Shown here piece by piece: positions 17,440 through 26,522 of a DNA stretch of 64,000 nucleotides (within the stretch, counting starts at the first letter, position 1; the number at the start of each line of letters is the position of its first letter). Under the pieces are notes generated by a model that did no database searches, had not been told where the DNA came from, and worked only from the letters and a program-made list of their open reading frames with translations. Made by a program: the position numbers and the translations under genes. The stretch lies in sequence record NC_061450.1; one strand, written 5' to 3'.

Positions 17440-18492
17440 ATGGCTGAAACCAAGTTCTACCAAGAAATCCATCAAGCTACGATAGAGACCAATTTCTCCA
17501 TCGGCGTCACTCGCAAGCATCTTACGTCTCAGCTTGAAAAACTGATTGAGACTAAGAACGGTAAGCTGCCTCATTATGGTTTTTCTTTTGAGGAATTCGG
17601 CAGCTTTGTAGGAGACAAGTATACACCTAATCCTGATATGGACTTACGCCAACAGGCAATGGCAGGCTGCACTCAAGTCATGTGTCACTTCATGTGGTCT
17701 TTCTCCAAGGGATCGTTTGAGCCAGAGCAGGAACTCAAAGAACACATCATCAAAAGCGATCCACCAAAAGTTCTGCCTTGTGCCATGTTGCGACAATTGC
17801 CTAGCTGGTCTCAATGGATTGACTGCGACGTTGCTGTTGATATAACTGAAAACGGCGTAATAGAACAGACGCTTAGCCTTACTGGCTTTTGGGCAACTTA
17901 CTGCAATGTAGGTGGCCGACTAAACTTATGCCTGACTGCTTTAGGTCTGTACTATCCGAAAGGTGATCACAACAGCGAAGATGATGACGCCCATTCTCAG
18001 GTTGCTCGTGTTTCCTGCATGTTTGAAATAGAAGAAGACAGACCTCTGGAAGATACGTGCTTGGTTGATGCATTCTTCATGAGCGCCAAAGGTAATCATG
18101 GCCTTTATGACGATCATCCAGAGTTCGAACCCATCAGCAACATGATCAAGCGCTGGGCCAAGCAGTCCGTAAACATACTTGTGTTTGTGGCTTCTGAGAT
18201 TGATAGCTTGCCTGCCGAAAATCGTACAGGCATTGTTCCACGACGTAAGGGCAAACACTATCGTCTTGCCACTGTTACCAAAGAGCGACGCTGGACAGTT
18301 GGACAAGAGTTCCTTACACCTATTCGGGAATACGAAGAAGCCTTGCGCACAATGACTGTAGCACAAAAGCGTGCTGCCCACATTCGTCGCGGTCACTATC
18401 ACAGCTTCTGGCGCGGCCCTCGTGATGGACAGCGTGAATTGTTTAGCAAATGGTTGCCTCCGTGTGTTGTCAGAGGAACTTTGGCAGACTAA
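17440..18492 (+). CDS. Hypothetical phage protein with C-terminal HxRRGH...W motif
   Basis: 350 aa; AAHIRRGHYHSFWRGP...KWLPPCVV. Confidence 0.8.
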   Translation: MAETKFYQEIHQATIETNFSIGVTRKHLTSQLEKLIETKNGKLPHYGFSFEEFGSFVGDKYTPNPDMDLRQQAMAGCTQVMCHFMWSFSKGSFEPEQELKEHIIKSDPPKVLPCAMLRQLPSWSQWIDCDVAVDITENGVIEQTLSLTGFWATYCNVGGRLNLCLTALGLYYPKGDHNSEDDDAHSQVARVSCMFEIEEDRPLEDTCLVDAFFMSAKGNHGLYDDHPEFEPISNMIKRWAKQSVNILVFVASEIDSLPAENRTGIVPRRKGKHYRLATVTKERRWTVGQEFLTPIREYEEALRTMTVAQKRAAHIRRGHYHSFWRGPRDGQRELFSKWLPPCVVRGTLAD

Positions 18493-18514
18493 GAATATTC
18501 TTAGACCTTTTCTC

Positions 18515-18550
18515 TAATTTGTAGTGCAGGCAAGAAGTGCCGCATACTAT
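18515..18550 (+). promoter_or_regulatory. TAATWTGTAGTGCRGGCAAG box, copy 1
   Basis: 18/20 identity to 20672-20691; followed by TACTAT. Confidence 0.5.
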
Positions 18551-18568
18551 CAATTGGGGATCACCTTT

Positions 18569-18838
18569 ATGTGTCAAAGAACTCTGGTACGTCTGCGTTA
18601 CCATTCGCGTAACGCAAGTTGGATAAACCGAACGGCCGAACCGCTGTCACTCAAACGAACAGCGGCTCAGGTAGACTGTGGTGTGTTTACTACAGCAGTC
18701 AAAGGATGTCGAACGGTTCAACTCTCACCGAATTTAGTCAACTTTTATCAGGGCCAAGATCTTGTCGGACAGAGTGTCTGGCATCAAAGCCCTGAGGGCG
18801 ATACTGAACTCCAGTTCCGTCTTCTCGCACCACACTAA
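18569..18838 (+). CDS. Possible small protein (or non-coding structured region)
   Basis: ATG 18569 after GGGGA; region also contains several hairpins. Confidence 0.3.
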   Translation: MCQRTLVRLRYHSRNASWINRTAEPLSLKRTAAQVDCGVFTTAVKGCRTVQLSPNLVNFYQGQDLVGQSVWHQSPEGDTELQFRLLAPH

Positions 18839-18955
18839 TAAAAACAATCACACAGCAACCTCCTAAGGGCTGCCAGAGACTTTGTGCTTTGGTAGCCTTT
18901 TCTCGTTTTGACGATAATTTTTGCCTACGATAAGACACGATTGTATGGAGCCCCG

Positions 18956-19612
18956 ATGGAAATCATGATTTCGCTGTCGTTCAAACAAATAGAGCCGCCC
19001 ATCGTATCATACGATCCGCAAAAGGCGCCACACGTTAACGACAACAGCAAGCCCGGCCAAGTATTTGACCTGCACACTTTGCAGCAAATGAGTTACCTGG
19101 ACATGAAGAAAGTCAAAGGTGATGCAGGCGCAAAGTATGCCAAGGTCATCGCACAGTGGCTCAACGGACAACGTAATATCGAGGTCAAGTTTCGCGTGTC
19201 CAAGCGCAGCAAGATCTCGATCGAGGTTAAGAACACCAAGCAGCTTGCAGCACGTTACACTGAAATCTATCTCCTGAGTCCTGAGAAGACTAAATCAAAG
19301 GATTGGGAACTGATTGGCACAGGCCCTCACGGCAATGAGAACGTTGTGCAGCTTGGTGGACGTATGCAACCTGATGTGTTGTATGCAACCGCTCGCAGCA
19401 TGTTGGGCGCTCACCTGCCTACAGACGAATGGCCTGGTGACAGCACCCGCGAGCAGGTAATCTTCAAATTTGATAAGATGCGCAGTGAGCACCGCAAGGT
19501 ACCTGACCGTGCATACAAATATGTAAACAACAACGAAACCCAATTGATCACCATGATGCAAGATGGCATGAGCATCGATGAGATTGTGGCTTGGGTACTA
19601 AACCAATACTGA
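18956..19612 (+). CDS. Hypothetical protein with MEIMISLS leader
   Basis: ATG 18956 after GGAG. Confidence 0.75.
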   Translation: MEIMISLSFKQIEPPIVSYDPQKAPHVNDNSKPGQVFDLHTLQQMSYLDMKKVKGDAGAKYAKVIAQWLNGQRNIEVKFRVSKRSKISIEVKNTKQLAARYTEIYLLSPEKTKSKDWELIGTGPHGNENVVQLGGRMQPDVLYATARSMLGAHLPTDEWPGDSTREQVIFKFDKMRSEHRKVPDRAYKYVNNNETQLITMMQDGMSIDEIVAWVLNQY

Positions 19613-19620
19613 GGAATCCT

Positions 19621-20454
19621 ATGAGTATCATTTCTATCTCGGCCACAAAAGCCCAAAAAGACGGTGCCAAGTATTTGTTCGGCACCAAAGGTGAAAGCAT
19701 TCTGTCCGTGCTTGAGTCTCTGTCGAAAGCCAAAGAACTGCGTAGCTCGCACCTCAACGGTCTGATCCTTATGCTGAAAGATGCAGAAGACGACGAGTTG
19801 ATCAAGTTCAAAAACAGTGCTGGTGGCAAGCGTACCGTTGAAGCAGCCAAGCTGTTAGCGACTGCCAAGACTCTGGGCACCAGCCTGAAAGGTCTGCGTG
19901 GCATTAAAGTGCCTAGCAAATGGATTCAAGATCACGATGACGCTAAAGCTGCTGGTGCTGTCGAAACTAAAACACATCGCGCTACAGGCAAAGGCACCAA
20001 GCCTCAGAAAGCCGAGAAGGTTGCTAACCCTCAGGCTCCTGAATCTGAGACCGTTGGTGCTGTAGTTGATCGTCGCTCGAAAAAAGCAAAAGTCGGGCCA
20101 GGCAAGACCAACGGTAAGTCTCAAGCCACGCTGGTGGACGAGCTTTCTGAAATGCAGCCTCGCAAGTTCTCTAAGCTGGGGATTGAGCGAGCTTCCAATT
20201 ACCTACATGCGGCACAAAGAGTTTTGCTTGACGCTTTACCGTGGAATGCGATCGGCACTTCCCAGGGAGGCAATGCCGAAGAGCTGAATGTCCTAGGAAA
20301 TAAAGGGAAACAGTTGCTTAATTTCTATGTTGAAGATGATGCGTGGTACGTTCGTGACCGCATCAAGAAAACAACGACCAAGTTAGGTGCTTTCGATATT
20401 TCCCAAGTTATAGATCTTGCCAAAGCTGCTGCAAAAATCAAAGGACCTGCGTAA
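19621..20454 (+). CDS. Basic (Lys/Ala-rich) hypothetical protein with MSIISIS leader
   Basis: ATG 19621 after GAGGA. Confidence 0.75.
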   Translation: MSIISISATKAQKDGAKYLFGTKGESILSVLESLSKAKELRSSHLNGLILMLKDAEDDELIKFKNSAGGKRTVEAAKLLATAKTLGTSLKGLRGIKVPSKWIQDHDDAKAAGAVETKTHRATGKGTKPQKAEKVANPQAPESETVGAVVDRRSKKAKVGPGKTNGKSQATLVDELSEMQPRKFSKLGIERASNYLHAAQRVLLDALPWNAIGTSQGGNAEELNVLGNKGKQLLNFYVEDDAWYVRDRIKKTTTKLGAFDISQVIDLAKAAAKIKGPA

Positions 20455-20469
20455 CCAAGTTACGTCAAG

Positions 20470-20496
20470 AAAGGGTGGCTTTGGCTGCCCTTTTCT
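20470..20496 (+). terminator. Intrinsic terminator
   Basis: AAAGGGTGGC-TTTG-GCTGCCCTTT-T. Confidence 0.75.
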
Positions 20497-20671
20497 CGTT
20501 CTGTCATAAAAATTTACACACCAATCATAAATAACCTCATCCTGCCTATCACTACATCCCATCGATTGATCACCTGCTGCATGCCTGCTGTTCCGGCCTG
20601 GACTAAGACCATTCTTATTAAGCTCTGGTACTGCCTACGATAATTGAATACACGTCTGTTTGATTTCTCGT

Positions 20672-20708
20672 TAATATGTAGTGCGGGCAAGCTACCCGCC
20701 TTGACTAT
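20672..20708 (+). promoter_or_regulatory. TAATWTGTAGTGCRGGCAAG box, copy 2
   Basis: 18/20 identity to 18515-18534; followed by GACTAT, then GAGGA RBS of next gene. Confidence 0.5.
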
Positions 20709-20724
20709 TAATGAGGAATATTCC

Positions 20725-22569
20725 ATGATCGAAGTAAATAGCTTTGCTGAACTACGCACCACTCCGCCTACCAAAGCGGGTGACACTGCGTATCTGAAAC
20801 GTTACTACGACAAGGACAGCAAGTTCCGTGGCGGTGGTTGGTTTGTTGGGTTCCCACAAAAGAACACACCAGCCGATGACGGCGGTATCAATGCTGTAGG
20901 TAAAGACGGTAAGGGCAATCCGTTCTTCTGGCAACGTGTTGTTGATGACCCTGCTGCAATCAACATCCTGCACTTCGGTGCGCGTCTGGACGGCAAGACC
21001 GATGACTCAGATGCCTATCGCCGTAACTTCATGTGGGTGTACAACATGAAAGACGGCAGCGACACTCTGGGCGTAAGCATTCCATCAGGTCCTATTCTGT
21101 TAAGCCCGATGGACTTCACCGACCTTGGTGAGATTCCGGTGTTCGCCATGTATGGTGATACGCGCTGTGAGAAAGGCTGGCGTCCACGCGTTCGCATCGT
21201 CAGTGACAAATCCAACAAGCAGGTGATCAAAGTCAATGCCCGCCGTGTTGTGATTCACGGCTTCAACTGGAACGGTCAGTGTACAGCACAGGTCAATGGC
21301 AAGAAGGTTGATCCAGAGACCATCAAAGGCGCTATCATGCCTGAGCAGCGTTCAAACAATCAGATCTTCTTTGAGAACGTCTGTCCTGCTGGTCAGTTTG
21401 TTGGCATTCGCTGCTTCCGTGGTGAGAACGTTGGTGGTTCAGCGTTGAAGTTCCAGGATACCTTGGACACCTCAATCACTGAAATCTACGGCAGCAAGAT
21501 CTTTGGTGCTATGATTGAAGCCAAGTGGTCAAACACCGTTGCTGGTGGCTGGAACCATTCTACGGCTGTACGTCTCGAAGACGGTAACTTCCAGTTCGGT
21601 TACGGCCCTGCTGTGTTGGACATGCCTCGTATGACTCAGGCTATCATGAAGAACATCTGGATTGAGCACACACGCTTCCCGGGTAACCTGAATGATGGTC
21701 AGTGGGTGTTTGAAGCTAACTCAATCGAAAGCTCTGACAACCCTCTGAACCTCGCCAACACTCGCTGCGTGGTCAATGGCTTCTACTTCCAGGGCCAGGG
21801 CACCATGAGCCTTGAACGTAAAGCAAGCACGGACAACTGGCTGAGTGGCTATGAGCGCGGCAACATCCGCATCGAGACCTACGGTATCTTGATGACTGAC
21901 GCCTGCTTCCGTCCTGGCTACTACACTGGTTACAAGATCACGAACAATACCGATCAGGACAAGTGGTTCTACATCGGTAGCTACTCGTTCCCTAAAGTCA
22001 ACCAGACGTGGCAGATTGAACTGCTGGGCACTGCACCAGGTGTTGTTCCTAACACCAAGCTGCAACAGCCTACGCAGATGGATGGCATGGGTCGTCGTGT
22101 GATCACCATGACACGCTGCATCAAACCGCAGAAGAAAGTATATGCGGACATGCACATGGAAGGTACCGACGCCATTGCGGATGTTGTGTATCAGCGTCTG
22201 TGGGAAGACTACGGCAAAGTGTGGGTCAAGCTGAAAGCCAACAGTGGTGACACTATCTTCAACATCACCACAACTGGTCCAACTCGCTTCGAAGCAGGTC
22301 AGTGTACCCTCTTCTCTGATGGTCCGTGTGAATGTACTGATCCAACTCTGGCTGAAATGACTGTCAGCGTTGAGAAGAATCAGAAAGACTATGCCCGTCC
22401 TCAGCAACGTTTCAGCCTGCACAACGGTCTGGCTGGCATCGGTGCAAACGAGCAGGGTATGGTTACCATGCAAACGGCAGAAGGAAAGGCGCCTAAAGAT
22501 CTTTCCAAACCGGCGGGCTTCACCTCGATTAATATCAACGGTGTTGACCGAGTTGTTCCCTACTACTAA
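20725..22569 (+). CDS. AmsF-like / tailspike-like beta-helix protein (putative polysaccharide-binding or depolymerising)
   Basis: N-terminus MIEVNSFAELRTT...LKRYYDKDSKFRGGG recalls Erwinia/Pantoea proteins annotated AmsF; ILHFGARLDGKTDDSDA is a pectate-lyase-fold N-terminal motif; tail-fibre-like end ININGVDRVVPYY. Confidence 0.65.
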   Translation: MIEVNSFAELRTTPPTKAGDTAYLKRYYDKDSKFRGGGWFVGFPQKNTPADDGGINAVGKDGKGNPFFWQRVVDDPAAINILHFGARLDGKTDDSDAYRRNFMWVYNMKDGSDTLGVSIPSGPILLSPMDFTDLGEIPVFAMYGDTRCEKGWRPRVRIVSDKSNKQVIKVNARRVVIHGFNWNGQCTAQVNGKKVDPETIKGAIMPEQRSNNQIFFENVCPAGQFVGIRCFRGENVGGSALKFQDTLDTSITEIYGSKIFGAMIEAKWSNTVAGGWNHSTAVRLEDGNFQFGYGPAVLDMPRMTQAIMKNIWIEHTRFPGNLNDGQWVFEANSIESSDNPLNLANTRCVVNGFYFQGQGTMSLERKASTDNWLSGYERGNIRIETYGILMTDACFRPGYYTGYKITNNTDQDKWFYIGSYSFPKVNQTWQIELLGTAPGVVPNTKLQQPTQMDGMGRRVITMTRCIKPQKKVYADMHMEGTDAIADVVYQRLWEDYGKVWVKLKANSGDTIFNITTTGPTRFEAGQCTLFSDGPCECTDPTLAEMTVSVEKNQKDYARPQQRFSLHNGLAGIGANEQGMVTMQTAEGKAPKDLSKPAGFTSININGVDRVVPYY

Positions 22570-22583
22570 AAGTGAGATCAATC

Positions 22584-23030
22584 ATGTCTTATAAAGTAGA
22601 ACTCTCTGTTGTAACTTCTGGCGGTAATGAACTTCCTGCTGATCTGAAAGAGTTTGCTGATGCTCATGGCATCACCTACGAAGTCACTGATGCAGGTTCA
22701 GATCGCAGTGTTGTGACCTTTGAGTCACAGGGTCGCGATCAGCTGGAAGATATGATTCGTCAGTCGTATGCGCCTTCAAAAGAAACAGAATGGTCGCAGT
22801 TCATTTCTCAGATTCACGCAGAAGGCGTTGATGCAGGCCAAGAGTCTTTCCTGACTCAAGGCACTCGCGAAGTTCCTCCTCACGTCTACAACGAAGACGA
22901 AGCTGTTGAACCTGCGGCTGACTCGGATGATGAAGACGAAATCGCCGAGCACGACGGTGAAGAAGATGGCGAAGAACGTATTAGTTCCCAGACCATCGCT
23001 TCTGACGCCGAGAAAGACGATCACAAGTAA
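22584..23030 (+). CDS. Acidic hypothetical protein
   Basis: ATG 22584; E/D-rich. Confidence 0.75.
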   Translation: MSYKVELSVVTSGGNELPADLKEFADAHGITYEVTDAGSDRSVVTFESQGRDQLEDMIRQSYAPSKETEWSQFISQIHAEGVDAGQESFLTQGTREVPPHVYNEDEAVEPAADSDDEDEIAEHDGEEDGEERISSQTIASDAEKDDHK

Positions 23031-23031
23031 T

Positions 23032-23040
23032 CTGTAAATA
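23032..23040 (+). promoter_or_regulatory. CTGTAAATA motif (TAATCTGTAAATA, identical to 41083-41095)
   Basis: Recurrent gene-junction motif. Confidence 0.5.
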
Positions 23041-23085
23041 AAATTCGAGGTACAATGACGTGCCTTGTTTAACATGGAGATTAGT

Positions 23086-23352
23086 ATGTCTGTTCAGCTT
23101 GAACTATCGAAACAGAATTTGGCGGATATCGAACTGCACACCTATAGTCGCATGACTATGACCGAGCTGGTAGATAAACTCCGCGCTGATGGTATCGTGG
23201 TTCGTTCCATTACTCCGTTCCGCCCTACTGGCACACCGATTCGCATCGATGTTGTCCGCAGTGATTTCGAGCGGTACATGGAACTCTATCGTGCGCCTGA
23301 GCCTATCAATGGTGAGTGGCAACCGTTAGAAGATGCATACGTGCAATACTAA
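23086..23352 (+). CDS. Hypothetical protein
   Basis: ATG 23086 after GGAG (alternative ATG 23074). Confidence 0.7.
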   Translation: MSVQLELSKQNLADIELHTYSRMTMTELVDKLRADGIVVRSITPFRPTGTPIRIDVVRSDFERYMELYRAPEPINGEWQPLEDAYVQY

Positions 23353-23359
23353 GAAGTTT

Positions 23360-23387
23360 AAAGGGCTGCCTTCGGGTGGCCCTTTTT
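23360..23387 (+). terminator. Intrinsic terminator (UUCG hairpin)
   Basis: AAAGGGCTGCC-TTCG-GGTGGCCCTTTTT. Confidence 0.85.
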
Positions 23388-23415
23388 CGTTTCATAATCA
23401 GAATAAGCTCAGACC

Positions 23416-23456
23416 AGACTTATCTCAAATCGCTGTAAATAGACTTATCTCAAATC
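23416..23456 (+). repeat. 16-bp direct repeat AGACTTATCTCAAATC x2 (25-bp period)
   Basis: Exact copies at 23416-23431 and 23441-23456 flanking a CTGTAAATA motif. Confidence 0.85.
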
Positions 23457-23457
23457 A

Positions 23458-23510
23458 GCAAAAAGCTGGTCAAAATACACGTTGAAAATGTGGCGAAAGT
23501 TAAGCACTAT
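23458..23510 (+). promoter_or_regulatory. Sigma70-type promoter with conserved upstream box, copy 1
   Basis: GCAAAAAGCTGGTCAAAA-6nt-TTGAAA-17nt-CACTAT. Confidence 0.7.
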
Positions 23511-23571
23511 ATAGACTCACGACGCAGCTTGTGGGCTGTGTCACTAATCAACATACACGAGGCAGCACACA

Positions 23572-23904
23572 ATGACAGAAGAACGCTATGCAGGTCAGAT
23601 CGACGCAGAACAGGTTGAATCAGTAACCGCCCTGATTGAGCGCATTAACCCCCAACTGCCGAAAGGCGTTCAGCTTGTTTTGTTCAGCGCCGACGAAACT
23701 GGCTTAGGCTTCGGCATGTTGATGGTTGTAAAGTTTGACGACAATGGCGAAGAGACTGGCGACTGGGGCTGGCACATCGATCTGCCCACCGAGTCTGGAC
23801 AGTACGCATTCACCTACGCAGGCAACTTCTGCCACGAGAATGAAGGCAAGGTCCCAGCGACCGACGAGGCCCTTGTTCAGAAAATCCGTTCACTTGAATT
23901 TTAA
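23572..23904 (+). CDS. Hypothetical protein
   Basis: GAGG RBS; first gene after promoter. Confidence 0.8.
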   Translation: MTEERYAGQIDAEQVESVTALIERINPQLPKGVQLVLFSADETGLGFGMLMVVKFDDNGEETGDWGWHIDLPTESGQYAFTYAGNFCHENEGKVPATDEALVQKIRSLEF

Positions 23905-23951
23905 TACGTGTGGCCTTGCGGGGCCACATCATCAACTATCGGAGTTTGACC

Positions 23952-24179
23952 ATGACAAAGAAACTGACCAAGCAGGACGTGCGTCCTATCATCGTTGCGT
24001 ATCTCGACAAGATCGAACAGGCGCCTGTGGAGATCAGCGACCGCCAACGTAAGAGCACGCTGTACCATCACGTTGTCGATCTGCGTAACAGTATGCTGGC
24101 TGATTGGTATTCGCCTGGCCAAGCACTTCGTTATCTCAAGCAAATGCAACGCAAGAATCAAGATCTGGTTAAAATCTGA
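23952..24179 (+). CDS. Hypothetical protein
   Basis: GGAG RBS, ATG 23952. Confidence 0.7.
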   Translation: MTKKLTKQDVRPIIVAYLDKIEQAPVEISDRQRKSTLYHHVVDLRNSMLADWYSPGQALRYLKQMQRKNQDLVKI

Positions 24180-24188
24180 GGAAACATC

Positions 24189-24908
24189 ATGCCATCTATC
24201 AATCAAAGTAAAGTCGCACGTCCCGCTGTCTCCGACGAGCGTGTGTTCGCCATAGAGAGTGTCAGTGACCTGTGTCGCGAACTCAAATCAAATCGTGCAC
24301 CTCGAGGCAAAGCGAAACTACGCAACGAACGCTGGGACGAGGCGAAACAGCTCCAGTCTGTTGTGAGTCACTTGATCATTTTGAGCCTCGGTAATCCTGA
24401 CTCGACATACAACGGTGATTACCCAGACACTGTAGGTAAAGCCCTGCAGGATGCTGAACGCAAGTCTTATGAACTGATCGACGACTGTATTGAGGAGGGC
24501 CTGTTGCCATTCCCGTACAAGAACGCGATGAAAGACCCGGACGCTGTTGTCGTCAAACCAAACACAGGCGGATATATAGCTCCACCTCGTAAGTCTTCTG
24601 TGGCTCCCATCACACACAAGAAGGGCGATCCCGTTCCTGAGAAGCTCAAGCTAAACAGTGAAACGCGTGCTGACCTGAAAGCATTCTGCGACGGCCAGAT
24701 ATCAATGCATGAACTCACAGAGAACCTGCAGGAAGAGCATGACTGTGATATTGTGCGTGTGCGCATTGCTACGCTGGAAGACAAGAAGACAGGCATCAAG
24801 ATCAAGCCTGACGGTGTTATCGCTTTTGATATTGAACGTACCGTGCGTCATCGCCGCGGTATCAACGGCAACATGATTGCCACTCACGCTGTTACCGTTA
24901 TCGTTTAA
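24189..24908 (+). CDS. Hypothetical protein
   Basis: 239 aa; GAGGA RBS. Confidence 0.8.
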   Translation: MPSINQSKVARPAVSDERVFAIESVSDLCRELKSNRAPRGKAKLRNERWDEAKQLQSVVSHLIILSLGNPDSTYNGDYPDTVGKALQDAERKSYELIDDCIEEGLLPFPYKNAMKDPDAVVVKPNTGGYIAPPRKSSVAPITHKKGDPVPEKLKLNSETRADLKAFCDGQISMHELTENLQEEHDCDIVRVRIATLEDKKTGIKIKPDGVIAFDIERTVRHRRGINGNMIATHAVTVIV

Positions 24909-24917
24909 GGAACTACT

Positions 24918-25520
24918 ATGAAAAAGTTCGGACTGTTTATCGCTGTTATGAATACCGACGTAGCCAACCCTGTTCGTTTGCGTTTGCATCAAATGGCCAT
25001 AGAAAGTGTCACCAAAGTGCATTTGCTTGTGGTCTCTGACAATCAGGAACCACGCCTGTGTTTCGTGGACCGCACCCATGTTTTGATTGAGTACCTGCCT
25101 GACGATATGGCTGATATCACTCTTTCAAACATCGTGTGCCGTGAAGTCGCTCAGCGTCCCAGCGATCATCTGATTCGTGAGACTATCGGCCATCGGGGCA
25201 ACACCTCGATCGAACCCGGCGCATGTTTCTTGCAAAAAGCCCCACCAGCACCACGTTCTATCGATCCTGATACGGACTACACCAAGTTCACTATGGAGTG
25301 CATTTCTTGGGAAGAGACAACCAACCCAGAAGTGTTGCGCTATATCTTCGGCAGTTTCCCTACCGCACTGATGGAAGCCGAGCTTGAGCGTCGCCGTGTT
25401 GAGAACGAACAGGAAGAGCAGCAGGACCAGCATGATGCAGACACTTGGACGCAAGAGCAGGATGAGTATGACGAGCACCAACGTCAGGAACTGGACCGTA
25501 TACGAGGACGTCATAAATGA
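24918..25520 (+). CDS. Hypothetical protein
   Basis: 200 aa; AAGGA RBS. Confidence 0.8.
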   Translation: MKKFGLFIAVMNTDVANPVRLRLHQMAIESVTKVHLLVVSDNQEPRLCFVDRTHVLIEYLPDDMADITLSNIVCREVAQRPSDHLIRETIGHRGNTSIEPGACFLQKAPPAPRSIDPDTDYTKFTMECISWEETTNPEVLRYIFGSFPTALMEAELERRRVENEQEEQQDQHDADTWTQEQDEYDEHQRQELDRIRGRHK

Positions 25521-26068
25521 AAGACAACCTCCTTACGGTGCTGGTACATCAAAGCGCGTGTGACAAGCCCATCACTATTCGTGCATTCTCGCGTGAAATG
25601 TTGAACATTCAATTCATGCGAGTGATCCTTGAATCTGATACCAGACCTCCGCGTGCATTCACTGTCAAAGAGTGCCGCGTAGTTGTTGAGAACTTGCACC
25701 CTATTCTTCCAGACACTGCGGAGTACACATTCCATATCACTAAGATGGAGCCCCGCAAGGAACCAGCCAAATCGACCTTGGCGTTTATGAAGAACAACGG
25801 GCGATACCACACAAGGCATATCGCCAACCCGATTATGATGCATGATAAAGTTGAGTTCACCTATGAGTATGTATCTGTGAAAGAGAATCCCAACAACTGG
25901 GTGCAGCATGAACGCTTTCGAGATTTCACCTGCAAGCAACTCTTGGATGAGATTGAACGCCGTCGATTGGAGTGTTTGTCGCATCGACCCCTGTACGATA
26001 GCAAGTCCACACCCATTACTGACTTGGAATGGGCAGAGTATGACAGGCGCCACACAGAAGAGGAATAA
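25517..26068 (+). CDS. Hypothetical protein
   Basis: 183 aa; GAGGA RBS; short ELERRR-like motif also in previous ORF. Confidence 0.75.
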   Translation: MKDNLLTVLVHQSACDKPITIRAFSREMLNIQFMRVILESDTRPPRAFTVKECRVVVENLHPILPDTAEYTFHITKMEPRKEPAKSTLAFMKNNGRYHTRHIANPIMMHDKVEFTYEYVSVKENPNNWVQHERFRDFTCKQLLDEIERRRLECLSHRPLYDSKSTPITDLEWAEYDRRHTEEE

Positions 26069-26071
26069 GCC

Positions 26072-26407
26072 ATGTCCATCTTATACATTCGCTGTACTGA
26101 GAATCAATTGCTCCGCCGCCGTGTTGAGCTAAGTTCCATGTACCACAAAAACATGCACCGTGTTTCCAACATTGTGCTGTTGGTAATCGACAACGCAGAC
26201 AGTGGCGAACTCAAATACGCGGCAGAGGTCAACGCGGCCTCCATCCATGTTGCAGTGCGCAGCAACTCAACCAGCCAGCTAACCATTGATGTTAAGCGCT
26301 ATACCAAGCGTCCGCTGACTGAACACCACAGAGCTTACGCCCGTTCGACGCATAAGCATATTCTTACTCAATCAGCCCATCGCGCAGAACTGAGCTGGTC
26401 AAAGTAG
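26072..26407 (+). CDS. Hypothetical protein
   Basis: 111 aa; GAGGA RBS. Confidence 0.7.
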   Translation: MSILYIRCTENQLLRRRVELSSMYHKNMHRVSNIVLLVIDNADSGELKYAAEVNAASIHVAVRSNSTSQLTIDVKRYTKRPLTEHHRAYARSTHKHILTQSAHRAELSWSK

Positions 26408-26410
26408 TCT

Positions 26411-26463
26411 GCAAATTGCTGGTCAAAATGTGAGTAGCATCGATCAGAACATTCTGATACACT
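26411..26463 (+). promoter_or_regulatory. Promoter with conserved upstream box, copy 2
   Basis: GCAAATTGCTGGTCAAAA-6nt-TAGCAT-17nt(TGA)-TACACT. Confidence 0.75.
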
Positions 26464-26522
26464 ATAGAGGCAGCACAATAACAACTACTCTCATTAACTT
26501 TTAAGCACCGGGGAAAATAATC

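Noticed and set aside
20514-20786. Minus-strand 90-aa ORF in the gap before the AmsF-like gene
   Set aside because: Overlaps the plus-strand regulatory box and gene start; no RBS or motif support
23559-26477. 11-bp GAGGCAGCACA repeat downstream of two boxed promoters
   Set aside because: Short and partly explained by SD-like GAGG; only two copies, not enough to call an element
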